Shown piece after piece: positions 1 to 7,623 of a stretch of DNA of 24,000 nucleotides. The DNA lies in NCBI GenBank assembly GCA_964486625.1, contig CAZANW010000016.1:8398-32397 (forward strand), given 5' to 3'. Numbering within the stretch: the first letter of the stretch is position 1; each line of letters begins with the position of its first letter. The position numbers and the translations under genes are program-made. The notes under the pieces are model-generated. The model ran no database searches. It was not told where the DNA came from and saw only the letters and a list, made by a program, of their open reading frames with translations. The DNA is from an uncultured Halobacteria archaeon. GTDB taxonomy: Archaea > Halobacteriota > Syntropharchaeia > JACQPP01.

Positions 1-552
1 GACTCGTTCCAGCGGGCCGGCCGGAACCAGACCGCCGGGCTGGTTTCCTGCTCGGTGAACGGCTCCACCGAGGACCCGGACCTCGCCCGGCGCATCGAGG
101 CGACGGGATACCGCGTCCTGGAGGCGAAGCGGGTGGCGCTCGACTGCATCCCGTTTCCCGGCTTCGCCGCCACGCCCGGCACGAGCCGGGTCGTGAACAT
201 CAACTCCACCTGGAAGGTCTACACGGCGCTGTCCCTCCTCAAGGGCGCCGCGCCCCTCGGGCTGCCGCAGGGCCATCTGGGACTCGCAGTCTTCAACGTG
301 ACCAACCGGTCGTTCGATCTGGGCGCCAAATTCGACGAAGAGGCGAAGTTCAACCTGACCGACCTCGGCGTCTTCGTGGATGGAAAAGGCGTGGAGGGGG
401 GCGGGCAATTCAAGGGCGGAAACATCTCCTCCGGCGGGACCGTCCGGGTCGACACCTCGCCGGCGGAGATTCGTCCGGGCACCCAACTCCGGCTCCTGCA
501 CCGGCCTTCGAACAAAACCGCGGAGTTCGTCGTCAACCCGCGCCCGCCGTAG
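1..552 (+). CDS. 3' part of a secreted/surface protein (5' end lies outside the window), rich in N-glycosylation sequons
   Basis: Frame 1 is open from base 1 to TAG at 550-552; track ORF 55..552 is only the part after the first Met. No family recognised. 8 of 10 Asn lie in N-X-S/T sequons (NQT, NGS, NST, NVT, NRS, NLT, NIS, NKT). Composition is diverse, unlike the antisense artefact ORFs. Confidence 0.55.
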   Translation, partial: DSFQRAGRNQTAGLVSCSVNGSTEDPDLARRIEATGYRVLEAKRVALDCIPFPGFAATPGTSRVVNINSTWKVYTALSLLKGAAPLGLPQGHLGLAVFNVTNRSFDLGAKFDEEAKFNLTDLGVFVDGKGVEGGGQFKGGNISSGGTVRVDTSPAEIRPGTQLRLLHRPSNKTAEFVVNPRPP

Positions 553-593
553 GCCGTCCGCGCCGCCGCGAAGCCCCCCGCCCCGGGCCCCGC

Positions 594-2477
594 TCAGAAG
601 TCCCAGTTCGCCGGCTGCCCGTAGTTCTTGGTCCACCAAAGCGGGAACCCGAGCCTGACCCACCGCAGCGCCTCCTTGTATCCGGAGTCCACCGGCGTCC
701 CCGAAATCACCGGGTAGAAAACGAGGAACAGGACCGCCGCCGCCGTGATGAGCGCCGCGGCGAGCCAGAGCCCCCGCTTCGGGTCCTTTTCCCACGCCCG
801 CTCCACACCCCACGCGCACCCGAGGGCGAGCAGGGCGACGTTCGGGAAGTAGTGGTAGATGAAGAGGACTCGCGGGATGGGCGCGAGGGCGGCCCACTGG
901 ACGAGCCAGGCGACGCCGATGAAGAGCGCCGCCCGTTCCCTGCGCGCCCGGGAGAGGGCGAGGACCACGAACGCCAGCCCCGCCCACCACACCACCGGGT
1001 TCCCCATCGAGACGATGGTCGAGACCTTGTCGCCGAAGGTCTCGCCATACATCCAGAGCGGGTGGAGGATAAGGGGCCACGACCACCACGGGGAGCCGTA
1101 GGGGTGGGGGGCTTCCAGGGTGGAGTGGTATCCCCAGATGGAGCGCGGCCCGCAGCACTGCTCCGAGAGGACGTCGCCGAGCCCGAGGCCCGAGGCGTAG
1201 TAGGGGGCGTAGGTCGCCAGGTAAATCGCCCCGGCCGCAGCGAGGCCGGCGAGGAACGGGCGGACCGAGGCGCGGAAGAGGTCGCGCTCGCGCCGCACCC
1301 GCACGAGGGCCAGGAGGAGGAGAGCCGCCAGCGAGTTCACGGCGACGACCTTGACGGAGAGGGCGAGGCCGAAAAAGAGCAGCGCAAGGAACAATGGATT
1401 TTTGAGGATTCCGACAGCTCGCGCGCGCTCGGCGGCACACGCATCCGCAGGAGGCGTGTGTTTGCGACAAAGTCGCAAGGCCCCGGCCTCGCTCGCTCGG
1501 GCCAGCGCCGCTCCTCGCGCCTCGCTTCGCTCGGCGCTCGTCGCAATCATGGCGCTGGGGGCCGCCTCGCTTGTGCGCTCGCTGCCCTTCAATGAGTTGC
1601 CTCTTCCGGGGAGAATCTCTGAGGGCGTCATCCACCACTTGGCGAAGAAGGCCCACATCCCCGTCAGGAACAGGAACAGGAAAATCTCTCCCGTCGAAAT
1701 CCGCGCCTGGGTGAAGTGCATGAAGTCGAACGTGACGAGCGCCGCGGCCACGATGCCCGCGCGCCGGTTCCCGAGCAGGTTGCGCCCCAGCAGGAACGCC
1801 GCCGGGATGGCCGCCGCGCCCGCCAGGACCCCGAGGAGCCGCCAGCCGAAGGGGCCGTTCCCCGCCACGAGAATCGAGAGGGCAATCAGGTCCTTCCCGA
1901 GAGGCGGGTGGGTCCACTCGAAGAAGGGCGGGGCCCGCCGGAGATACTCGTCGGCGGTCCGCATGAAGTAAATCTCGTCGAAGTAGGCGCCCGCGAAGTA
2001 GGTGGGGGCGCCGGAGACGAGGGCCGCCTCGTCCGCGAGTTTTTCGGCGCCCGGCGGCCCGCTCACGCCGGAGACCCGCACCGCGTCGAGCCCCCGGACG
2101 GGGACCACCTCGGCGACCGTCGCCCGGGAGTCGCTGAAGTTGAGCCGGAGGTAGCGGGTGTCGCACTGGGTCGTGGAGGGGACCCACTGCTTGTAGTCGC
2201 CCTGCGCCGAAGCGGTGGACTTGTAGGACCATTCGCCCGGCTGGCCGCAGGACACCTCGGCCTTCAGCGGCTCGGGGTCCCACACCGCGAAGAAGACGCG
2301 GTCCACCCGCTGGACGCTCCCGAGGTCGAGGACCGCCTCTCCGTCCCCCCTCCAGCCGCTCGACGGGAAGGCGCCGGCCCCGAGGTTCCAGAGGCCGACG
2401 ATGAGAAAGAGGGCGGTGAGGCCCGAAACAATCGCCAGCGGCGCGCGCGGATGGACCAGCCACTTCTTTGGTTCCAT
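594..2477 (-). CDS. GT39 / PMT-family dolichyl-phosphate-mannose-protein mannosyltransferase-like GT-C membrane glycosyltransferase, carrying an in-frame repeat-element insertion
   Basis: 627-aa polytopic membrane protein. Loop-1 acidic motif YFDEIYFMRTADEYL (PMT DE motif) and C-terminal HPYGSPWWSWPL motif typical of the PMT/PMT_4TMC region. Starts 3 nt after the stop of the upstream gene (operon). Confidence 0.85.
   Translation of the reverse strand: MEPKKWLVHPRAPLAIVSGLTALFLIVGLWNLGAGAFPSSGWRGDGEAVLDLGSVQRVDRVFFAVWDPEPLKAEVSCGQPGEWSYKSTASAQGDYKQWVPSTTQCDTRYLRLNFSDSRATVAEVVPVRGLDAVRVSGVSGPPGAEKLADEAALVSGAPTYFAGAYFDEIYFMRTADEYLRRAPPFFEWTHPPLGKDLIALSILVAGNGPFGWRLLGVLAGAAAIPAAFLLGRNLLGNRRAGIVAAALVTFDFMHFTQARISTGEIFLFLFLTGMWAFFAKWWMTPSEILPGRGNSLKGSERTSEAAPSAMIATSAERSEARGAALARASEAGALRLCRKHTPPADACAAERARAVGILKNPLFLALLFFGLALSVKVVAVNSLAALLLLALVRVRRERDLFRASVRPFLAGLAAAGAIYLATYAPYYASGLGLGDVLSEQCCGPRSIWGYHSTLEAPHPYGSPWWSWPLILHPLWMYGETFGDKVSTIVSMGNPVVWWAGLAFVVLALSRARRERAALFIGVAWLVQWAALAPIPRVLFIYHYFPNVALLALGCAWGVERAWEKDPKRGLWLAAALITAAAVLFLVFYPVISGTPVDSGYKEALRWVRLGFPLWWTKNYGQPANWDF
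1404..1619. repeat. GC-rich palindromic (MITE/RPE-like) element, copy A, inside the GT39 ORF
   Basis: A 1406-1486 matches the reverse complement of 15341-15420 (about 90% by hand alignment). A 1501-1557 matches 15284-15339 in direct orientation (about 50 of 57). Ends are gaggattc ... gagaatctc. Outer boundaries are approximate. Confidence 0.7.
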
Positions 2478-2480
2478 CGC

Positions 2481-3728
2481 TCACCCCGGCGCCGGGGCCT
2501 CCCGGGGCGCGGGCCCCTCCCCTTTCCAGAACCGCCAGAGGGCCCACGCGAAGAGCCCGGTGTTCAGGGCCACGAAGGGCGGGATGGTCCAATCCGAGAT
2601 GACCGAGGTGCCGCCGTTCAGCGCGCGGAGGGCGTAGGCGAGGTTGAAAAGGTAAGAGCCGGTCAGGGCCACGTAGAGGAAGCGGTCCCGGGGCCACATG
2701 AGGACAAGGAGGGCGAGGGCCGGGAACAGATAGCGCTCGTGGATTCGGGTGGAGACCATGAAGAAGGCGAAGACCGTGAGGAAGGCCACCTGCAGCATGA
2801 GCCGGTCCCGGTCCGCGGCCCGCGCATATCGCTTGTGCATGAGCCACACCAGGAGCCCCGCGATGGCGAGGAAGGCGGCCCACCCCCACGCCTGCGGGGA
2901 GGCTCCGAGAACGGGAACCTGCGCCTCCTTGACCCGCATGCCCGCCAGGGCCCAGAGGTTGTAGGCGTTGAGGCTCGTCTCGTTGTAGACGTTGTAGCCG
3001 CCGACGTAGCGCTCGGCGATGAATCCGACCGGGTTCGAGGCCCCGCGGAAAGGCGCAATGACCGCGAGAACCACGGCCCCGGCGACGAGTCCCGACGTCA
3101 CCGCCCGCTTGAGTCCCCCCTCCCGCAGGACGGCGTAGGCAATCACCGGCGCCACCAGGACCCCCTGCGGCTTGGCGAGGACCGCGAGGGCCAGGAGGAC
3201 CCCCGAGACCTCGAAGCGCTTCCTCAGCGCGGCCATCAGCGACGCGACCATGAAAACCGTGTAGAGGGTGTCCCACTGGCCCCACACGGCCAGGTTGAAG
3301 AGGGCCGCGGGGTTGAAGGCGTAGGCCGCGGCGCCGGCGAGGGCGACCTTCGGCCCCTTCGACCGCAGCCCGTGGTAGAGGAGGACGACCACCCCCAGGT
3401 CCACGAGGTTCTGGGGCAGCTTCAGAAAGAGCGTTTGGGCGGCGTCGAACGGGGCGGCGAAGGGCCCGAGCCCCGCGGCCGCCTCGGCGCGCCCGAGGAG
3501 GGAGAAGACGAGGATGTTGAAGGGCGGGTAGTCGCTCCAGACCGAGTCGTAGAATCCCGGGAGGTCGGCGGCGGCCGCGGCGTGCCAGGCGGCGAAGGAG
3601 TTCAGGTCGGTGGCGTAGCCGGGGATGGGGAAGAGCGCGACGCGGAGGGCGAGGGAGGCGGCGAGGAGCAATGCGAGGAGCAGGGCCTCGCGGCGGCTCC
3701 AAGGCGGCGGGGGTGATTGAGAACTCAT
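2481..3728 (-). CDS. GT-C superfamily membrane glycosyltransferase (PMT_2 / DUF2029-like)
   Basis: 415-aa protein with many predicted TM helices and a Pro/aromatic-rich first loop (YDSVWSDYPPFN). ATGA start/stop overlap with the upstream gene at 3725-3728, followed directly by the GT39 gene. Family call is from overall architecture only. Confidence 0.6.
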   Translation of the reverse strand: MSSQSPPPPWSRREALLLALLLAASLALRVALFPIPGYATDLNSFAAWHAAAAADLPGFYDSVWSDYPPFNILVFSLLGRAEAAAGLGPFAAPFDAAQTLFLKLPQNLVDLGVVVLLYHGLRSKGPKVALAGAAAYAFNPAALFNLAVWGQWDTLYTVFMVASLMAALRKRFEVSGVLLALAVLAKPQGVLVAPVIAYAVLREGGLKRAVTSGLVAGAVVLAVIAPFRGASNPVGFIAERYVGGYNVYNETSLNAYNLWALAGMRVKEAQVPVLGASPQAWGWAAFLAIAGLLVWLMHKRYARAADRDRLMLQVAFLTVFAFFMVSTRIHERYLFPALALLVLMWPRDRFLYVALTGSYLFNLAYALRALNGGTSVISDWTIPPFVALNTGLFAWALWRFWKGEGPAPREAPAPG

Positions 3729-4378
3729 CGTTCTACGACCACCTTCCCGACGAGCCCCATGAGGGCGTTCCAGTCGTCGAGGCCGATGCCGTCCTTCGCC
3801 GCCTCGTAGAGGGTCCGGAACTCGGCGGGGAGGGCGTAGACATTCGGGAAGCCCCCCTCCCCCTTCGAGAGGGTCACGACGCCGCCCCGCTGCTCGACGG
3901 TGTAGGTGGCGACGGACTCCCCGGCCTCCCAGAGGACGAGGGTGGCCCGGACGGGGAAGCGCTCCACCGGGAGCCCGGGGGCGAGCGGGACCCGCAGGGC
4001 GAGGACCTTGGGCTCCATCTCGTCCCGGAAGCGGAGCGCCTCCGCCAACCGCACCGCGAACACGCCGTCAATCCACGCCCGCACCTCCCGGGCGGGCCCG
4101 TCGTAGCCCTTCGACTCCCCCAGAAGGAGCGCGTCCCGGGCGCGGCCCAGGATGAAACTGGAGGTGGAGTTGTCGAGGAGGGGCCGGAGCCCTTCGAGGG
4201 CCTGGCCGAAGCGCGCCCCGTCGGGGGCGGTCCGGAGCCTCTCGATGCGGCAGTTGACGTTTGCGTCGAAGCCGAAGGTTCCCGCGTCGCAGGTGAGCCA
4301 TGGGACGAGGAGGAGGGCGGCCAAGGCGATGCCTGCGGCCGAGAGGCCGGCCGCGATGGCGAGGCGGGGGAGAGCCAT
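3725..4378 (-). CDS. hypothetical membrane-anchored/secreted protein, first gene of the glycosylation operon
   Basis: I prefer the internal Met (MALPRLAIAAGLSAAGIALAALLLVPW, signal/anchor-like) at 4378 over the track start at 4501. It sits 27 nt from a TATA-like box, and the 5' extension is Arg/Ser/Gly junk overlapping the divergent TPR gene. Confidence 0.5.
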   Translation of the reverse strand: MALPRLAIAAGLSAAGIALAALLLVPWLTCDAGTFGFDANVNCRIERLRTAPDGARFGQALEGLRPLLDNSTSSFILGRARDALLLGESKGYDGPAREVRAWIDGVFAVRLAEALRFRDEMEPKVLALRVPLAPGLPVERFPVRATLVLWEAGESVATYTVEQRGGVVTLSKGEGGFPNVYALPAEFRTLYEAAKDGIGLDDWNALMGLVGKVVVER

Positions 4379-4401
4379 GGGGAGCGAAAGGGCTTGGGAA
4401 T

Positions 4402-4409
4402 GAAATATC
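4402..4409. promoter_or_regulatory. shared bidirectional TATA-like box (gaaatatc)
   Basis: This is the only AT-rich patch in the 55-bp divergent spacer. It is centred about 28 nt from both the ATG at 4434 (+) and the ATG at 4378 (-). Confidence 0.5.
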
Positions 4410-4433
4410 TCCCGTGAGGCCCCAACGCGGGAG

Positions 4434-5066
4434 ATGGAGCGGAAAGCGGGCCCGGCGGGCGGCGCCGAGGAACGGCCCCCGGACCCCGACGAGCACCTCA
4501 AGGAACTGGAGAGGCGCCTGAAGGCGCGGCCGGGGGACGCCCAGGCGTGGTATCACGTGGGCTTCGCCCTCCTGGGCCGGAGGCGCTACGAGCAGGCCCT
4601 CCGGGCGCTGGAGCGGGCCGTGGAGCTCGACCCCGGGGACGCGTCGGCCCACCACAACCGCGCCATCGCCCTCCGCCACCTCGGGCGCCGGGAGGAGGCG
4701 GTGGCGGCCTTCCGGCGGGTCCTGGTCCTCTCCCCCAAGGACAACGTGGCCATGACCCTCCTGGGCCAGGTCCTCGTGGAGATGAAGCAGCCGGAGGAGG
4801 CCCTCGGCCTCTTCCGGCGGGCGGCGGCGCTGAGCCCCACCTACTACGACGCCCACATCGGGGAGGCGGAGGTCCTCCTCGGCCTCGGCCAGCCCGAGGA
4901 GGCGCTGGGGGCCGCCCGGCGGGCCGCCGAGAGGTTCCCGAAGCGGGCCCGGGGGTGGCTCCTCCAGGGGCGCGCGTTCCGGGCCATGGGACGCGAAGAG
5001 GAGGCGGAGCGATGCATGAAAAAAGCCATGGGAGAAGGTCCGACCAAACCGGGGGACGAAGAGTAA
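4434..5066 (+). CDS. tetratricopeptide (TPR) repeat protein
   Basis: Successive 34-aa units with the W/Y..G.A....Y.EA...F..AL.L.P pattern, for example AWYHVGFALLGRRRYEQALRALERAVELDP and AHHNRAIALRHLGRREEAVAAFRRVLVLSP. Confidence 0.8.
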   Translation: MERKAGPAGGAEERPPDPDEHLKELERRLKARPGDAQAWYHVGFALLGRRRYEQALRALERAVELDPGDASAHHNRAIALRHLGRREEAVAAFRRVLVLSPKDNVAMTLLGQVLVEMKQPEEALGLFRRAAALSPTYYDAHIGEAEVLLGLGQPEEALGAARRAAERFPKRARGWLLQGRAFRAMGREEEAERCMKKAMGEGPTKPGDEE

Positions 5067-5107
5067 AATGCGGGAGATAAACTCTCTACGCCATCTCAAT
5101 CTTAAAC

Positions 5108-5134
5108 GCCCGAATTTTCCTCGAAAATTCGGGC
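5108..5134. other. perfect 11-bp stem hairpin (gcccgaatttt cctcg aaaattcgggc)
   Basis: Read directly from the sequence, 42 nt downstream of the TPR stop. There is no trailing T-run, so a terminator function is uncertain. Confidence 0.4.
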
Positions 5135-5171
5135 AGGCGGAGGAGTGCAGGAGGAGGGCGATGGAAGGGGA

Positions 5172-5309
5172 TGAAAAATCCTAAGCACTAAATTCTAAAT
5201 CCTAAACAAATTCAAATGCTTAAAATCCAAAATTCAAAACGGAAGTTTTGGATTTTGTGCTTTGAATTTCGGATTTGTTTAGGATTTAGGATTTTGAACT
5301 TGGAATTTT
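5172..5309. repeat. AT-rich long imperfect palindrome (arms about 65 nt, loop ggaa at 5241-5244) built from aaatcctaa / ttaggattt units
   Basis: The left arm (5173-5240) is largely complementary to the right arm (5245-5309). GC is far below the surrounding sequence. It fills the gap between convergent genes and abuts the stop codon at 5308-5310. T-runs are present on both strands. Confidence 0.7.
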
Positions 5310-5946
5310 ACCCCGCCACCGGCCACACCCGGGGCGTGTAGGTCGCGCAGGGGGTCTCGTTCAGGGGGCCGAACTGGAGGCACCAGGTGTAGGTGGAGGG
5401 GGCCTCGGCGGTCCCCTTGGGCTCGAAGTAGCCCAGGCGGGTGTCCTCCTTGCCGTTCACGAAGAGGCGGAACCCGTGGGTCGCGTTGGCGATGAGGTCG
5501 AGCCCCTCCGCGGCCCACCGGAAGCGCCAGTTGCCGCTGGCCGCGTCGCGCTCGAAGAGGACGCCCAGGCTCTCGAAGAAGGAGCCAATCGTGACCCCGG
5601 TGGCGTGCTTGTGGAGGTCGGTGTCGCCCGACTCCATGTGGACGTTGGGAGAACGGACCTGGTACTTGGCCTTCCCGAAATACCTCTGGGTCACATCCTG
5701 GCCGTCCACCAGGAAGGCCCAGGTGGAGTGGGTGTGCTCCGAGTTCAGGGGGCCCACCAGGCTGGCGTAGGATTTGCCGGTGGTGTTGTTGCTCCCGGGC
5801 CCGACGGTGACCGTGCCGGGCCGGCTCTGGATGACGAGGGCGCCGGCGAGGACGAGGACCGCGACCAGCAGGATGGGGGCCAGGGAAGAGGACTTCCGGG
5901 CCCCCTCGGCCCCGCGCTTGCCTTTCACCTTCTCGCCTTTGGCCAT
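5308..5946 (-). CDS. hypothetical N-terminally anchored extracytoplasmic protein (His-rich motifs, 4 N-glycosylation sequons)
   Basis: Start chosen at MAKGEKVKGKRG...LAPILLVAVLVLAGALVI (TM anchor), 27 nt from a GTTTTTAC TATA-like box. Contains HTHSTW and DLHKHATG motifs plus NNT, NTT, NAT and NET sequons. No family name recognised with confidence. Confidence 0.6.
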   Translation of the reverse strand: MAKGEKVKGKRGAEGARKSSSLAPILLVAVLVLAGALVIQSRPGTVTVGPGSNNTTGKSYASLVGPLNSEHTHSTWAFLVDGQDVTQRYFGKAKYQVRSPNVHMESGDTDLHKHATGVTIGSFFESLGVLFERDAASGNWRFRWAAEGLDLIANATHGFRLFVNGKEDTRLGYFEPKGTAEAPSTYTWCLQFGPLNETPCATYTPRVWPVAG

Positions 5947-5969
5947 CCCAACCCGAAAACGGTGGTCGT

Positions 5970-5977
5970 GTAAAAAC
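5970..5977 (-). promoter_or_regulatory. TATA-like box (GTTTTTAC on the minus strand) for the 5308..5946 gene
   Basis: AT-rich octamer immediately after the dapB stop, centred about 27 nt upstream of the ATG at 5946. Confidence 0.4.
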
Positions 5978-5978
5978 T

Positions 5979-6695
5979 TTACAGGCCGAGGACTTCCTGC
6001 ATCGTGTGAATCCCGGGCCGGGCGCGGACCACCCACCGGGCGGCCCTCAGGGCCCCGGCGGCGAACGCGGCCCGGGAGTGGGCGCGGTGGGTCAGTTCCA
6101 GCCGCTCCCCGGGGCCCGCGAGGACGAGGGTGTGGTCCCCGACCACGTCGCCCGCGCGGAGCGAGTGGACGGTCGTTCCCCGCCCCCGCGCGGCCGCGAT
6201 GCGGGCCATCTCCTTCGCGGTCCCGCTGGGGGCGTCCCTCTTGGTCCGGTGGTGGGCCTCGACAATTTCGACGTCGTACTCCCGCAGGAGGTCGAGGGCG
6301 GCCTCTTCGAGTCTCCAGAGGACATTCACCCCGACGGAGAAGTTGCTCGACACCACGGCGGGGACCCGGCGGCCGACGGTGCGCCGCAGGGCCGCGGCCT
6401 GGGCCGGGGTGAAGCCGGTGGTCCCGACGACGAGGGCGGTCCCTGTCGCCGCCGCCATCCGGGCGCTCGCCAGGGCTCCCCCGGGAGCGGTGAAGTCAAT
6501 CAGGACCCCCGCCCGGCTGGCGCGGAGTGCGGCGTCCGACGGCTCCTCGACCCGGACCGGGCCCGCCGGGACCCCGGCGTCCCGGATGTCGAAGGCCGCT
6601 GCCAGAACCAAATCGCGCTGCTGGAGAATGGATTCGACGAGGGCCGACCCCATGCGGCCCCGGGCGCCGGCGACGGCGATGCGGAGGGCACTCAT
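5979..6695 (-). CDS. dapB: 4-hydroxy-tetrahydrodipicolinate reductase
   Basis: N-terminal Rossmann motif IAVAGARGRMG and the diagnostic EAHHRTKRDAPSGTA motif. ATGA overlap with dapA at 6692-6695. Confidence 0.95.
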   Translation of the reverse strand: MSALRIAVAGARGRMGSALVESILQQRDLVLAAAFDIRDAGVPAGPVRVEEPSDAALRASRAGVLIDFTAPGGALASARMAAATGTALVVGTTGFTPAQAAALRRTVGRRVPAVVSSNFSVGVNVLWRLEEAALDLLREYDVEIVEAHHRTKRDAPSGTAKEMARIAAARGRGTTVHSLRAGDVVGDHTLVLAGPGERLELTHRAHSRAAFAAGALRAARWVVRARPGIHTMQEVLGL

Positions 6696-7588
6696 CGCGT
6701 TTTCAGGAGGCGCATTTTCCGCAGGACCCCCTTCAGCCTCGCCTCGTTCTCGGGCCCCAGGGGCGCCAGGGGCAGGCGGGGCTTGCCGGCGGCGAGCCCC
6801 ATCAGTTCGGCGGCGCGCTTCGCCGGGACGGGGTTGGTCTCCAGGAAGAGCGCCTCGATGAGGGGCGCGAGTTCGTAGTGGAGGCTCCGGGCCCGGGCGA
6901 AGTCGCCCCGGAGGGCCGCGGCCACCATGTCGGCCACTTTCCGCGGGACGAGGTTCGCGGCCACCGAGATGACCCCATGTCCCCCGAGGGCGAGGATGGG
7001 GAGGGCCAGCGCGTCGTCGCCCGCCAGCACGAGGAAATCGGGGCCCGCGAGTTCAATCACCTTCGACACCTGGGCCAGGCTCCCGGAGGCCTCCTTGACC
7101 CCTGCGATGAGCCCGCGGCGGGCCATCTCCGCGACGAGGGGCGGCTCGATGTTCTGGGCCGTCCGGCCCGGGATGTTGTAGAGGAGGAGCGGGATGTCTG
7201 CGGCCCGGTGGACCTCCTCGAAGTGGGCGATGAGTCCCTGCCGGTTGGGCTTGTTGTAGTAGGGGGTGATGAGGAGGGCGGCCTCGGCCCCCGCGTCGGC
7301 GGCGTGGCGGGTGAGTTCCACGGCCTCCTCGGTGGAGTTGGAGCCGGTCCCGGCCACGACGGGGGCCCGCGAGTGCTCGATGGCGAGTTCGACGACCCGC
7401 TTGTGCTCGGCGTGGCTCAAGGTGGCCGACTCGCCGGTGGTGCCGCAGGGGCAAACGGCGGCGGAGCCCCCGCGGACCGTGAACTCGATGTTGCGGCGGA
7501 GCCCCTCCTCGTCGAGGGTTCCGTCCCTCCGGAAGGGGGTCAGGAGGGCGGGGATGGCGCCTTTCAGGCGGTTAAGCGGCATCGCCAT
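6692..7588 (-). CDS. dapA: 4-hydroxy-tetrahydrodipicolinate synthase
   Basis: GAIPALLTPF...DG.LD, GTTGESATLS.EHK and the overall DapA/NAL-family pattern. Translationally coupled to dapB. Confidence 0.95.
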   Translation of the reverse strand: MAMPLNRLKGAIPALLTPFRRDGTLDEEGLRRNIEFTVRGGSAAVCPCGTTGESATLSHAEHKRVVELAIEHSRAPVVAGTGSNSTEEAVELTRHAADAGAEAALLITPYYNKPNRQGLIAHFEEVHRAADIPLLLYNIPGRTAQNIEPPLVAEMARRGLIAGVKEASGSLAQVSKVIELAGPDFLVLAGDDALALPILALGGHGVISVAANLVPRKVADMVAAALRGDFARARSLHYELAPLIEALFLETNPVPAKRAAELMGLAAGKPRLPLAPLGPENEARLKGVLRKMRLLKTR

Positions 7589-7623
7589 GAATCGAGGTCT
7601 GGAGCCTTAAACCCGCGGGCGGT

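Noticed and set aside
1716-3716. 666-aa plus-strand ORF, with similar long ORFs at 852..1595, 3671..4417, 4068..5099 and 5476..5973
   Set aside because: These are Arg/Gly/Glu/Pro/Asp-rich and low in complexity, and they lie antisense to membrane-protein and TPR genes that have recognisable motifs. High GC suppresses stop codons in all frames, so they are artefacts.
5172-5309. Replication origin (AT-rich unwinding element with inverted ORB-like repeats)
   Set aside because: There is no adjacent orc1/cdc6 gene and no match to the ORB/mini-ORB core that I recall. Similar AT-rich palindromes occur at two other ordinary intergenic gaps, which fits terminator/promoter modules better.
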